A DNA stretch of 64,000 nt. Origin: the human T2T-CHM13v2.0 reference genome, Homo sapiens. The notes beneath the pieces are model-generated. The model did not search any database and was not told the DNA's origin. It saw only the letters and a program-made list of their open reading frames with translations. Below are positions 22,970-40,095 of this stretch, one piece after another. A program made the position numbers and the translations under genes. Each line of letters begins with the position of its first letter. Position 1 is the stretch's first letter. Where the stretch lies: assembly GCF_009914755.1 (NCBI RefSeq), contig NC_060925.1. One strand, written 5' to 3'.

Positions 22970-24376
22970 TGACGGTCGTTTTTTTTTTTTTTTTTTGTCT
23001 TTTCAATGTCCTGTGGGTCCCTTTAAGATTATTATTTAATATGGAGGCCAAATTGAAGTATTAGGTGTAATTTATTTAGTGATGGAGAGTCTTGTATTCC
23101 TTGGTGATGTAGCCAATTAATTGAGAGTTTTTATTAGAGATTTACTGTTGAGTGTTTAAAGTAAGGTTTGATTATTTGAAAAACATTATTTTTGAAAATT
23201 ATAAGGGGATTTATGACCAGATTATTGATATTGCAAAATTATAGCAGGCTTTTTTTCATGTAAAGATACATACTGAACAATTTGAAAGAATAAAAGTGTA
23301 TGTCTCTTTTGGGAACCCTTGAACTTGCTTTTTAACGTTTTACAGATTTTGGCTTGCATCGTCAGAATGCAAGCTAATAAATCTTATTTTCTTATAACAC
23401 TAAGTGCTAGCTGATTTATTTAATTTTTATTCATTGGGACAAAAGAAAAAATAAGACTGTCTCAGTACAATACAAGGTCACAACAAAAATTAATGTATAG
23501 GCATTTTCCCTGTTGTAATCAGCAATATTTATACAGCAGAATTTACATAATAAATACAGTGAATAAAGTGGGGCATTGTTTAACGTATAAAGAACAAGGG
23601 CTTTGGAGTCAGGCTTGGATGCATTCAAGTCCATTTCTCCCATATCCTAGTGGTGTCACACCAGGCAGATTCCTTTACCTCATATCTTCCTTTGAAGATA
23701 TGATGTCTAGTTCTCAGAGATGTTATGAGGCTTGAATGAGAAGGCACGTGAAGAACTAAGCACTGTGCCTGGTGCTGCATATACGTTCTCTGAATATTGG
23801 CTGCTATCAGCTGGTATTGTCAGGCACATTATTTTAGCAAACATTATTGTTTCCCAGATAGTAGATGTTCTAGACATGAATTTATTAAACAATCCCAATA
23901 TTGCTTTTTTTTGAGATGGAGTCTTGCTTTGTCACCCAAGCTGGACTGCAGGGCGTGATCTCGGCTCACTGCAACCCCCGCCTCCTGGGTTCAAGTGATT
24001 CTCCTGCCTCAGCCTCCTAAGTAGCTGGGATTTACAGGCACGTGCCAACACACCCGGCTAATTTTTTTGTACTTTTGGTAGAGATGGGGTTTCACCATGT
24101 TGGCCAGGCTGGTCTCGAACTCCTGACCTCATGATCTGCCCACCTCGGCTTCCAAAAGTACTGGGATTACAGGCTTGAGTCACTGCACCCGGCCCTCCAA
24201 TAATGCTTTTTATTTAAGACTGCATAGTAACTTTGCAATTTAGTGTAATAGAAAAACTGGATGGGTATGGTGGCTCACATCTGTAATCCCACCACTTTGG
24301 GAGGCCTAGGCAGGAGGGTCATTTGAGGCCAGGAGTTTGAGACCAGCCTGGGGAACATAGTCAAACCCCACCTCTA

Positions 24377-24779
<403 letters not shown>

Positions 24780-24805
24780 TCAGGAGATCGAGATCATCCT
24801 GGCTA

Positions 24806-25129
<324 letters not shown>

Positions 25130-26078
25130 CTAACCTGGGTAACAGAGTGAGACCCTGTCTCAAAAAGAAAGAAAGAAAGAAAAACTAAGTAATGAGTATG
25201 CCCTAATGATCTTGAGAGGGAGGATATTGTTCTGCAGGTGGATTATGTGAAGTAATGCACATTTCTTATAGAAACCTGCTAGTTAGAGGGGAAACACTTA
25301 TGTCTTTTAGTCTGATTTGTATAGTCCTATTGCTAATATCTTTAATGGGGCCTACCTGTCCTCTCCCTCATTAGTCTCTCCACTTCGTCTATAGGACACT
25401 TCGTGTCCTACCACCATTAGATTCTTCACATATGAATTTTCTTAAACCACTACTTTGGTCCTGTCATTTCTCTTCTAAACCTTTAACTATTTCCACTTGA
25501 TTACCCAGTTAAATCCAACCTTTGACCATATCTTTCATCCATTGTGTTATCTGGCCTAGCTTTGCCCTTATATTTTCTTTTTGCTTAAATGTCTTCCTTT
25601 GTAGTGCAACTTAAATGCCCCTTTTCCTTGAAGTTTTCTGTAATTCTTCATTGGTTTTGACTTCATGTGCTCCCCTCCCTGTAAAAAATCTTTATAATAT
25701 TTTGTGATTCTCTTTCAAGCAGACACATATTTACTGGTCCCTACTATGTGCTGGGCCCTGTGCTGGATATCCAGTGCAGCGTAAGGAATGAGAAATGTTT
25801 CCTGTGCTCTTAGGGCTAGTGCCTTATGATCCAATATTCTGCCTTGTATTTTAATTATTTGTGTTTTAGTTTCTCTCTACTGGATTATAAGATCCCTACG
25901 GTCAGGGACCATATGATTATCTCTGTCTGTATATCTTAGCCTGTAGAACATTGCCTTGATTAATTGCATGAATGTTCAATTTGTTGCAAATCTGTTACTT
26001 TGGTAATGATTGTATTGGAAAGCTAAGAACCTGTGTGTATTACTGATACTGCGACTCTTATTTGCCATTAATTTGTAG

Positions 26079-26207
26079 GTTTGTTGGGGCCATGTTGAAG
26101 AGGTTGAGCTCATTAATGATGGCTCTGGACTAGGTTTTGGAATAGTTGGAGGAAAAACAAGTGGCGTGGTTGTGAGGACTATAGTTCCTGGAGGATTAGC
26201 AGATCGA
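26079..26207 (+). CDS. PATJ: PATJ coding exon 6, PDZ2 N-half (VCWGH...GLGFGIV...LADR)
   Basis: Acceptor tttgtag, GLGF motif, donor CGA|gtaagt, 129 nt. Confidence 0.97.
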
Positions 26208-27407
26208 GTAAGTCAACCTTCCTTGTTATCATTTTGGTTTTATAAAATTTAAGTTGTATGAATTGAAATGTAATTTTATAACATGAGTTACCAGGATATA
26301 TGACTTAATAACAAGAATTTAAGTATAGCTTAAAAATGATTTATTCTGTAAGTATTATTAGGCTACACTCAGTCTTATTTTAAACAGTTCCTAAATCAAC
26401 ATTTTTGGGGTTTGTTTTGCTTATAATTGACAGGCTTCATGATTACATCAGAGGACAATTTTTTTTATTGAAAAGCATTGTTAATGAATATTGCATTTTG
26501 AACATCTGTATTATTCTCCTCTAGTGTGTCTTTCGATGACCTAAATGTTAAAATCAGAAGATACAGTGATTATAAACATTTGTCCCAATATTATACATGG
26601 TAAATTTCACTTGAATTAAAATTTATGGTCTTATAAGTTAAATGACTACCTTTCATTGTTTAGCAGTGTTTAAACTGAAAGTGGGCTATTAAAAAAATTA
26701 GCAACTGTTTCTGCTTAATTTTATATTGAAGAAATGTTAATTACTACATTTAGTTTTTAGAAATTAGTTTAGAAATTTGACTCTGAAGCCACGTAATAAT
26801 AAGCCCATATCATATAGAATAGGCATGATAAATCAGAAATAACTTTAGTTATTCCCATAATCAGAATGATATGTAAAATTTCACTGATTATTGCCCAGTT
26901 ACATATAAATTTATCCCTTTTGATAGACATACGTAAGTAAAAATGAACTTGCCATGCAAATGCAGCTTCAAGGCAAGTTCCTTGGCTCTTCATTTCTGAT
27001 CACTATTGCTTCACCTTATGCAGCTTGTGGAGCCACTGATGTTCCTATCATCATTTCAGCTCCTAAGAGTATTTATTTAGAACAGCAGTTGTCAAAGTTT
27101 GGTCTGTGGGCCTCTGGAGGGCTCTGAGAGCCTTGCAGGTGGTCTGTGAGATCCAAACAGCTTTTACAATAATACCACAATGTTATTATCCCTTTCACCC
27201 TGCTAACATTTGTACTGATGGTACAAAAGCAGCTGCAGGCTAAAACTGCTGGTGCCTTGGTGCAAAACAAAGGCAGTGGCCACAAACCGTTATAGTAATG
27301 ATTGCATTATTTTCTGCCATGTGCTTGCAACAAAAAAGAAAAAAAATGCCGTTTTACTTGAATTTTTTTAAGATGCAGTAAAATGATTAATTTTAGTAAA
27401 TTTTGAT

Positions 27408-27565
27408 CATTTAGTGCATGTCTTTCGAATATTGTCAAAATGGGAAGTACCACCTAGCATTCTTGCTATGTACTGAAGTTTGATGGCATTTAGTACATGT
27501 CTTTTGAATATTGTCAAAATGGGAAGTACCACCTAGCATTCTTGCTATGTACTGAAGTTTGATGG
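27408..27565 (+). repeat. Tandem duplication, 2 x 79 bp, 2 mismatches
   Basis: Units 27408-27486 and 27487-27565 compared base by base. Confidence 0.95.
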
Positions 27566-27596
27566 TTGTCTTAAGGAAAGTCACCTGCAAGATTAA

Positions 27597-27803
<207 letters not shown>

Positions 27804-28154
27804 TAGCTATGATGGTCTCGATCTCCTGACCTCGTGATCCGCCCGCCTTAGCCTCCCAAAGTGCTGGGATTACAGGCGTGAGCCACCGCACCCAGCCAAA
27901 TCTGCTACTTTTTTATGTGGAACACATTTTTATTTTTATAAAAATAAGTGCAGAAAAATTATGTTTATCCAGACTTGGGTATTTGGAAGATGTTTTCTTG
28001 AGAATGGATGATGTGAACCTGTTATTTCAAGGAAAACAACTGACACTGTTTGTTAGCAACAATAAAATTTGAGCTTAAGCAAAAAATTAGAATTTTGGAA
28101 AATTTGTATTTTACCATAAGCATGACATTTCCCTAATATTTAAAAGCTTTTCTA

Positions 28155-28304
<150 letters not shown>

Positions 28305-28595
28305 CTACTTGGGAGGCTGAGGTGGGAGGAGGTAGAGGCTGCTTTGAGCCGAGATTGTGGCACTGAACTCCATCCAGCCTGGGCGACAGAGTAAGACCCT
28401 GTCTCAAGAAAAAAAATAAAAACAAAAGAAAAGAAAGGCATTTCTGATTAGATTGTTGATTGATATTAACCAATATGATTGTCTTGATATTATATGATGA
28501 AATATGTCGGTATTTGGAAGGTCTGCATAACTGTGAATGGATATTCTATTTTCTTCCTTTTTTCTTTCTTTCTTTTTTTTTTTTTTTTTCTTTAG

Positions 28596-28817
<222 letters not shown>

Positions 28818-29564
28818 TGACTGCAGCCTCTGCCTCTGGGGCTTAAGTGATCCCCCCACCTCAGCTTCTGGGGGAGCTGAGACTACAGACCCAGGCCACC
28901 ATGCCTAGCTAGTTTTTCTATTTTTTGTAGAGGTGGGGTTTCACCATGTTGCCCAGGCTGATTTCAAATTCCTGAGCTCAAGTGATCCTCCCGCCTTGGC
29001 CTCCCAAAGTGCTGGAATTACAGGTGTGAGCCATTGCACCCGCCTGGCCTTATTTTTATTTTTTGTAGAGACAGTCTCGCTTTGTTTCCCAGGCTGGTCT
29101 CAAACTCCTGGCCTGAAGCGATCTTCCTGCTTAGGCCTTCCAAAGTGCTGGGATTATAGGTGTGAGCCACCATACCCAGCCTCAATATTTTCTGAAGACC
29201 AATATGTGATATGACAAAATAATATGTAGCTAAAAGATCCTTTCAAAAATCAAGATAGATCAGTGGATTTTAATAAAATAGTGTCTGAAAGTTTGTTGAT
29301 ATGGTTCCAGATTCTACATTGTAACTGTATAAGAAACCACCACTTGCCAAGTTTTGGTGTGTTATCAAAGAATAGGCTGAAAGGACTATTATAATACCCC
29401 TCCCCTTTCCAACTATATATCTGATTGAGGCCAGATATTCTTCATATACATCATCCAAAACAGTATATTGTAGCATACTGAATGCAGAAGCAGATGAGTC
29501 CAGCTGTTTTAAGCCAGATATTAAAGAGATTTGTAAAAATATTAAACAGTCCCACTCTTACTAA

Positions 29565-29801
<237 letters not shown>

Positions 29802-30002
29802 TGATCCATCTGCCTCGGCCTCCCAAAGTGCTAGGATTACAGGTGTGAGCCATCAAGCCTGGCGAATATTTTTTGTTTTGGAAAATATAGCTCTTTTAAA
29901 AATATAATGACATTAATATACATAAATATTGATAAAAATTAACATACTAAATATTAAATATTTTAAAAATTCCTCAGTACCAATTTTTGCATATGTATAC
30001 AT

Positions 30003-30472
30003 TTGTGGATTCATCTTTACCAGATTTCTCCAGAGAAACAGAACCAATAGGACATGCGTGTGATTACTTTAAAAAAGATATTATTTTAAAAAATTGGCTC
30101 ATGCCATGGTGGGGGCTGGCAAGTCCAAAATACGTAGGGAAGGCCAGGAGGCTGGAAACCCAGACAAGTGTTGATGTTGTAGTCTTGTGTTTGAGATCTA
30201 TAGGGCAGGCCGGCAGAATGTCTGAGGAAGCTCTGTTACATTCTTGAGGCAGAATTTCTTCTCTAGGAAAGCTCAGTTTTTGCTTGTGAATTCTTCAACT
30301 GATTGGATGAGGCTCACCTACATCATTGAGGGTAATTTTCCTTTACTTAAAGTCAACTGTTTGTATATGCTAATCACATTTACAAAATACCTTTGCAGCA
30401 ACATCTAGATTAGTGTTTGACCAAAACAGTCAGCACCACAGCCCAGATGACACATGTAATTTAACTGTTATA
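30003..30472 (-). mobile_element. MLT2 (ERVL) solo LTR inside a short L1M fragment
   Basis: Hallmarks ttctccagagaaacagaaccaatagga and ttcaactgattggatgaggctcacc. Confidence 0.82.
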
Positions 30473-30588
30473 CCATCATTACCACAATCAAGATAATGAG
30501 CGTATTCATTACCCCCAGCAGATTCCCGTACTACTTTGTAATTCCTATCCCTCCATCCTTAATAATTTTTAAGAATGTAAAGGAGTTC

Positions 30589-30992
30589 TGTCTTTATCCA
30601 TTTAGTGTTGCTATAAGGAAATATCTGAGGATGGGTAATTTAAAATAGGTTTATTTAGCTTACAGCTCTGCTGGCTGGAAAATTGGGCATCTGGGGAAAA
30701 CCTCAGGCTGCTTCCATGGTGGAAGGTGAAGGAGAGCCAGTGTGTGCAGAGATCACGTGGGCAGCGAGGAAGTGGTGGGTGGGGGGCAACTCTCTTTTTA
30801 ACAATCAGAGTGAGAACTCACTGCACTAAGTAAACGCACTGCAGAGAACTCAGAGCAAGAACTCACTGCACCAAGCCATTCATGAGGGATTCACCCCCAT
30901 GACCCAAACACCTCCCACTGGGCCCCACCTCAAACAATGGGGATGAGATTTCAACATGAGGTTTGGGGGGGACAAACATCCAAACTGTAGCA
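30589..30992 (-). mobile_element. MST (MaLR) solo LTR with 5-bp TSD AGTTC
   Basis: TG...CA ends; tccatttagtgttgctataaggaa and ggacaaacatccaaactgtagca; AGTTC at 30584-30588 and 30993-30997. Confidence 0.9.
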
Positions 30993-31029
30993 AGTTCTGA
31001 GACCAGAATGTTTGAGAATGTTCATTTTA

Positions 31030-31185
<156 letters not shown>

Positions 31186-32571
31186 TTAGCCAGGTGTGGA
31201 GGTGCATGCCCATAATCCCAGCTACTCAGGAGGCTGAGGCATGAGAATTGCTTGAACCTGGGAGGCAGAGGTTGCAGTGAGCCAAGATCACGCCACAGCA
31301 CTGCAGCCTGGGCGACAGAGCAAGACTCTTTCTCAAAACAAACAAACAAACAAAAACCACACACATCTGTGGCACAACACAATATTCTTTAAGGATTCTT
31401 AAAAAAAATTTTTATAACCTGGAAATAATAAAATATTGCAGAAAATTTTGGGATGCCTTTCTTTGTATTCCCTCCCTCCTCCTGCCTCTGCCTTAGCAAT
31501 TTTAATAGGTTTGTTTGTTGGAGTGGCATTTTTTTTTTCCAAAATGCAAAGTGGAGTGGTTATTGTGAACAACAAAGGGTCAAGTAAATTTAAACAAAAT
31601 CCAATAGGTTTCTTTACTGTAAGAATTTTCTGAGCTTTTAAAATACTAACATGCTTTATGAATTTTCACAAGAATAAGATGTGCAGAGTTTCCCAGATTA
31701 ATCCCATTGAGGCATTGTTGGAAAAAGCCCAAGTCTGATTTTCGCCCTTTACTGGAAGGGATCGTCACTATTTCAGATCATCAAAGAGGAGGTAGAGGGT
31801 ATGCTTGTCATAGGGTCATAAGTGCTCAAAGAGAAGGAAGTACTTACGCCAGACATTGTTATCTGCTTAATGTACATTATTCTCATGTAACCTTCAAAAT
31901 ACTCTTAGAAGTTTTATTCCCAAATTATAGATATGGAAACCATTAAGAAATTGCCCTAGGTTACAGCAGCTAGGTGAGCCACAAAGTCAGGATTGAGCCC
32001 GTACCTGTTTGATTCTGAAGTCTGAGCTTTGTTGTTTGAATTTATCCAAAGTTAATCCTAGTGTTTTCCTTTTCCTGATATACACCTGTGCACAATTGTT
32101 CACATCCATCAACAGGGAGTAGCCAGCTCTAGGAACAAGAGAGCTATTATCTCTTCTAGGGCATATGGTAAGGCCTAGCCATAGGGGACAGAGCACTATT
32201 CACTTCTCCTTTCCTCTCATGTCAGCTGATGGCAGATAAAATCTCTTCAGCCTTCTTGCTATAACCAACTTATCTCCTTCCTCAGCCTGGCCCCATTTGT
32301 TGCTTATTACCAGTCAATGTTATGCTTTCTATAACTCATGAAATGACTTAAGCTGCAGCACCCTCAGGCCCTAGGCTATGGCACAAGATGTGGTATACAC
32401 CCTCCCTATTATCTACCTTTGGAGAAATTCTCAGCACACCTACATCCAAATTAGCCTCTGAAAGGAAAGAGCATAGGATTATAGTGTGTGAGCTTTAGAA
32501 TCAGACAGATGAAGGCTTGAATTCTGGATCCACCTCTCACCCTGGGCAATTGACTTCTTGGCTTAATTCTA

Positions 32572-33100
32572 TGTTTCTAAAATAGACCCCAAGACCACCA
32601 GATTTGATGACTTGCTAGGAGGTTTCATAGGACTCAGCATACAGTTACACCCACAGCTATATTTATTACAGTGAAAGAATACAAAGCAAAATCAACATGG
32701 AAAAGGTGCATGAGGTGGAGACTGGAGGAAACCAGGCACAAGCTTCCACAAGTCCGCTCCCCATGGAGTCATATAGGACAGACACACTTAAGTCTTCCAG
32801 TGGTGAATTATGACCACACATCTGAAATGTCTGCCATGGAAGCCCATCAGAGACTCTGCACAGGGTTGTTACTGGATGCTGGTCACATAGGCACACACTG
32901 TGTAGCATATACCGAAGTCCTAGACTTGCAGAAGAATGCAGGTGTTCAGGAGAGACTACACTTTAGGCACCTAGAGCCATTTTTACCAGGGAATGGTGAG
33001 AACCCTCACAGAATCTAAGCTCCCAGGTGTTAGCCAAGGGCTAACCTTGTGAGAAGGCCTTTCCAAGGAAAGTAGTCTTAGGCCTGCCATTAATGCTTTT
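32572..33100. mobile_element. MER21-family LTR
   Basis: ggactcagcatacag...atttattacagtgaaagaatacaaagcaaaatcaac...ggaggaaaccaggcacaagcttcca matches MER21B/C as recalled. Confidence 0.78.
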
Positions 33101-34278
33101 TTTTATTTTTTGGCAGGAGATAATTTTGCTTGCCTTAAATAAGAGGCTGTGTGAAAATTCAATGTTAATCAATGTAACATGCTTAGCACAATGCCTCTTA
33201 GTTCCCAAAATGCTTATAACCCACTGGGAGAGAAATGTATTCTCATTTTGCTTAAGAAGGATCTGAGACTTAGGGAGGATGAACAACTGACCTTTGGCCA
33301 TACACTTTGTCCAAAGTAGAGCTAAGATTTGAACTTGGGTGCATCTGACTCCAAAGCCCTTACCTGTCTTTCTGTTGTGTCCTGCTGCTAATGATGTAAA
33401 AGAAATGAAGTAGAAAATAGCATTTATTTATTTTAAAAAATTGATTTATAGGAATCTTTTAAGAAACATTTGTTGAGATCTAGTTACAATGTCCAATCAG
33501 TTAATATAATCAGGCCAATTCCATGGATAGAGAAATTCTATGATATTAAAAGGGTAGCTAAAAGGCCTATCTCCCTGTAAGCCTCAGAGCCTCTCCAAAA
33601 TTCACAGTGCTTGAAACACTCACCTTGAGAACATTCTATCAGTTGTGGCAAGAGTTAAACATTTTTTTGGGAGGTACTTTTTGTTTTGTTTTGTGTGACA
33701 TTGATAACAGGCAGTGTAAAACCCTTGAAGTGCAGAAACCTCTTTCATGTGGTCTGGCGAAGTTCTAGGGCGGTCAGGTATACCGGAATACCTCGTTGTC
33801 TTCAGAACACAGCCTATTTAAAGGTTGTCATAAATTATTGACATTTTGGTATGAAGCAGTTATAATATGAGTCTACTGACTACCCAGTAACCTAATACTA
33901 GGAAGGAATGGAACCAAGCAAGGGTTTGAGGGTGGATGTGAACTTTGAGAGACTTTCAGTGTAGAGTAAGGAAGGCCCAGCTTGAGGTCACTAAATGGTT
34001 GGTTAGTCCCAAGCAATTTTGCTTTGAGTGATTATATAAACAGATATTTTCTTTATCTATAAAAATCAGTTAATGAGTGCTCTGGGAATTTGAGTAGGAT
34101 AGGATAGTTTCTTTAATTCCTTTAGGGAAACAGTGTATTTTATTTTGTAAAGTTACCCTTTTCTATCAATGGCATGTTGCCTTTTGATTGAAGACCAATA
34201 ATAAAACTGGCCTGGAATCAAACATAGTTATGATTTCATTGTCTGAGTTGTGGAAGTATTTGGTGCCTTTTTTTTTCC

Positions 34279-34309
<31 letters not shown>

Positions 34310-36916
34310 TAAATAGAGACAGAGTCTTGCTCTGTCACTTTGGCTAGAGTGCAGTGGTGCGATCCTAGCTCACTGCAGCCTCCAACTCCTGACTTCAAGC
34401 AGTCCTCCCAAAGTGCTGGGATTACAGGCATGAGCCATGGTACCTGGATTCATTTTTTAGTTTTTGAAGAAACAAATTTGATTTCTTCTTTTGTAGCTCA
34501 GGTCTGAATTCCTATAGGTTTAAAATTTTTTTTTTAAATTATCATCCACAACAGCATATCAGATAAGTTAAAATGCAAAGTAATGTGAGTTTTTTTTTAG
34601 CCCAGAGTTGCTACTTTTTTTTTTTTTTTTTTTCTGAGACAGGGTGTTGCTCTGTTGCTCAGGCTGGAGTGCAGTGGTATGATTTTGGCTCACTGCATCC
34701 TCCACCTCCCAGGTTCAAGTCTTGTGCCTCAGCCTCCCATGTAGCTGGGATCACAGGCGCTCACCACCATGCCCAGCTAATTTTTGTGTTTTTAGTAGAT
34801 ATGGGGTTTCACCATGTTGGCCAGGCTGGTTTGGTGATAGAGTGAGACTCCCTCTCAAACAAAAACAAAAACAAAAACTCCTGACCTCAGGTGATCTGCC
34901 CACCTCGGCCTCCCAAAGTGCTGGGATTACAGGTGTACATTCACTGTAAGTGTGTGATACCCTGTTGCTTCAGCTGTTTTAATTTTTCTGCCTTTCATAC
35001 TATCTTTGCCAATATGCATAATTTTTTTCTCTTTTGAAAGAATCTATGGATTAATAAAACTTTTATATGTGAATGTTTGATTAGCACGCTACGTACTTGA
35101 ATCTTGGCATAGCTATTTATTGGTTTTCATTGATTGATGATTTCTGTTAAAGAACAAAAGGGACTTTATGCCTTTTAGTTTCCTCACACAGAAGACAGGT
35201 TATGGACGGAAAATGTTGATCAGAAAATATCAATAAAATGCAGACTGGGGCTGCTGGACTTAGACAAGGTAGCTGTCATTTTGGTGTCTTTCTATCAATC
35301 TGACTAATGACTATTTTTGTACTTATGAATTCTTCAGAACACCTGCTTTTCTGTAGCAAGAAAATGTTTGACTTTCAGTGACAGATGCAAATTATCGACA
35401 TCATTTTAAATTAAGAGTTGAGATAAAATAGAAGAAAAATAATGCCTAGGAAGTGACTAAAAATATACTTTATGATAAAATGCCCTTCTTTGGCCAAGCC
35501 AAGTATGAAAACACTTATTAGACATATATATTTTTTAATTTTTTGATCAGTGCATAATTCTGTTGAAGAATAGTTTGATTTACAGAGGCAACTTTACCCT
35601 TATTTTTCATCAGCACCACTGACTTTCTCTTAAGTAGTTGCTTATGTTGTTTCAAGTCTGTTGCATGCATGAAAACAGAATATCAGATTATCACTATTAA
35701 AGTAGAAATCCAGCAATTCTTCATTCTTTTTTTCATAACAATGTCCTCCTTGCCTCTGTTTCTGTTTTCTAAGTCTTTCCAGATGTTTCTGAATTAAATT
35801 GCATTTCCGCTGCACCACTTCTCTACACTTCCAGTCCCTTCTAGTGGCTTCTGCAGCATTTACAACAAAGCACAGAGCTTTGTACGTATTATTTCAATCT
35901 AAAGCATTCCTTCATTTAGGTTCCTGTAAAATTGGAGAAAAGGAAGGATGGAGAATAGACTTTTCAGTCTAAGGGTTTTTTAAAAAACTTCTTCCTTCAG
36001 ATTGTCGTCTTTAGCTTGCGGTGGTGCCACCTGGAACTAGGAATTTGAAGCTCAGAACTGGATTAACCCAGTAGTCATTGCTCTCTTTTCAAGCTTTCTC
36101 TCCATGTTGCAGGATATCTATTTTTCATCTTCATTTCATTCAAACTTTTTGAGAGTTATAGGCAGTTTCTTGGAGAATAGGAAAGCAATAAATTTACTAT
36201 CTACTAGCAGCCTTTGCTTGTAGGAGATTGACTTGCTACAGTAATGTTACTCTGGAGATACTGAAGTATAAGGCAAATAACTGAAATGAGAATAGTCTTC
36301 GGTGAGCAACTTGGATTCAGCTTTGGTTCAACCTTTTTATCAGCTTTGTGACCTTGGTCAAGTCAGTCAAACTGTTTGTATCTCAATTTTCTCATTTGAA
36401 AGTTGTCCTTCTCTAAGTGAGATGGTACATGAAAGTGATTTTGAACCTGTAAGGTGCTCTGCATGTATAAGTTTAAATGAAGCCAGCTGTGTTAACATTG
36501 TGGTATCTTTAATACACTATAATAAAGTGAATTCAGAATTTCTGACTAAACAAATTTAGGAAAAATTTTGTAAAAATTAGCTGTTTCAAAAATTTATCAA
36601 AGAAGGGAAATGATGAACACTTTGAACAGATACTCATTTTGATAAATTATTATTTACCTTCTGTGTATGAAATATACATACATATAAAAGAATGTATATA
36701 ATATCTGTACACATTTTAAATGATAATTAAAACAATAATTATTTGCAAGACCAACTTGGGCAACAGAGTGGGTCTCTATCTCAACAAAACAAAACAATAA
36801 TTACCAGTGTGTAATACATACCACCTAGCTTAAGAAATATAACATTATGTATCTTTTCTTTCAACTCATCTGGAATCTTGACTTATTTATTTATTTATTT
36901 TATTTTTATGAGGTAG

Positions 36917-37264
<348 letters not shown>

Positions 37265-37267
37265 TGA

Positions 37268-38230
<963 letters not shown>

Positions 38231-38623
38231 ACTGAGGATGTTGGTTGTGAAGTTCCCAGTTTTATGCTGGAGGCTTCTGTTCTGACCTTTCCTTCTTGAG
38301 GCCTTGGCCTTTCTGTCCTCTTCCTTGCACACGTGACCATTAACACCCAACTCTAGGCCATTAGGCATGAGCTTATACCCTCAACAAAGGCCTTTTTTAG
38401 AATACTGATTACTTTTCTCATTTTGAGCCATTCCTTTGTGTTCTACATGAAATTCCTTTACTCTTGCCATTTCAACCAGTTATTAACAGTATTCCATTTT
38501 ATTCAGCATTTTAGGTGGCTTCTTTGTCAGCCATTTTGCCAGAGCTGAAAGTCTGATGAATTGTTATTAACCAGTGAAGTTACAGCATTTATTTCTCAAA
38601 ATAATTTTGTCTTTTTCTTGAAG

Positions 38624-38842
38624 GATGGAAGACTCCAGACAGGGGACCACATCTTGAAGATTGGTGGCACAAACGTGCAGGGAATGACCAGTGAGCAAGT
38701 TGCACAAGTTCTAAGGAACTGTGGGAATTCAGTCAGGATGCTCGTTGCTAGAGATCCAGCTGGTGACATTTCAGTCACCCCCCCTGCCCCTGCAGCCTTA
38801 CCTGTTGCCCTGCCTACTGTAGCCAGCAAGGGCCCTGGTTCT
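38624..38842 (+). CDS. PATJ: PATJ coding exon 7, PDZ2 C-half and Pro/Ala linker (DGRLQTGD...GPGS)
   Basis: Acceptor tcttgaag, donor TCT|gtgagt, 219 nt. Confidence 0.97.
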
Positions 38843-39503
38843 GTGAGTATACATATCATTCTTTCATCTTAAACCAAAGCCTGGGTGTGACACACTGTAA
38901 GATAAGAAATTCTTTCAACTTGAAGCACCACATTGGTGTGAGTTGTGCGCTCACTAGTGAAACAGGAAAAAAAAAAACTTATTGGGAGACATTAGACATG
39001 TTGGTTTTCTGTTTCACTGTTTCTCAGGGTTAAGTCATTCAGCCTCCCTGAGCGTCAGTGACTTATTTATAAATTGAAGAATAATAATACTTGCCTTGTC
39101 TATTTCATTGGGCTGGTGAGGAGACATCCAGGTGGTGGAGGGAAAACTGTAAACACTGGCCGATGTGTGAGAATTATCACTGGTAGCCACAGGCTGGTTA
39201 AAGGGAATGGATATCAATAATATTTATTATACTAATTATTTTAATTATGTAATAATAATAGTTATTATTTTAAATTATCAAGCACCTGGAATTGCTCAGG
39301 TCATCTGAAATCTTCACAGTAATTCTGCCAGATAGGCCTTATTATACATTTAATAGATGAGGAAAATAAAGTCAAACATCATGTTAAAGACCTTATAGGG
39401 AGTAAGTTGCAAAACTGGAATTTGAATTCACATCTTTCTGGTCCATTCCAAACTCCTTCCCATTATCTCAACATGGGCTTTTAATGAAGACATAATAAAG
39501 TAA

Positions 39504-40095
<592 letters not shown>

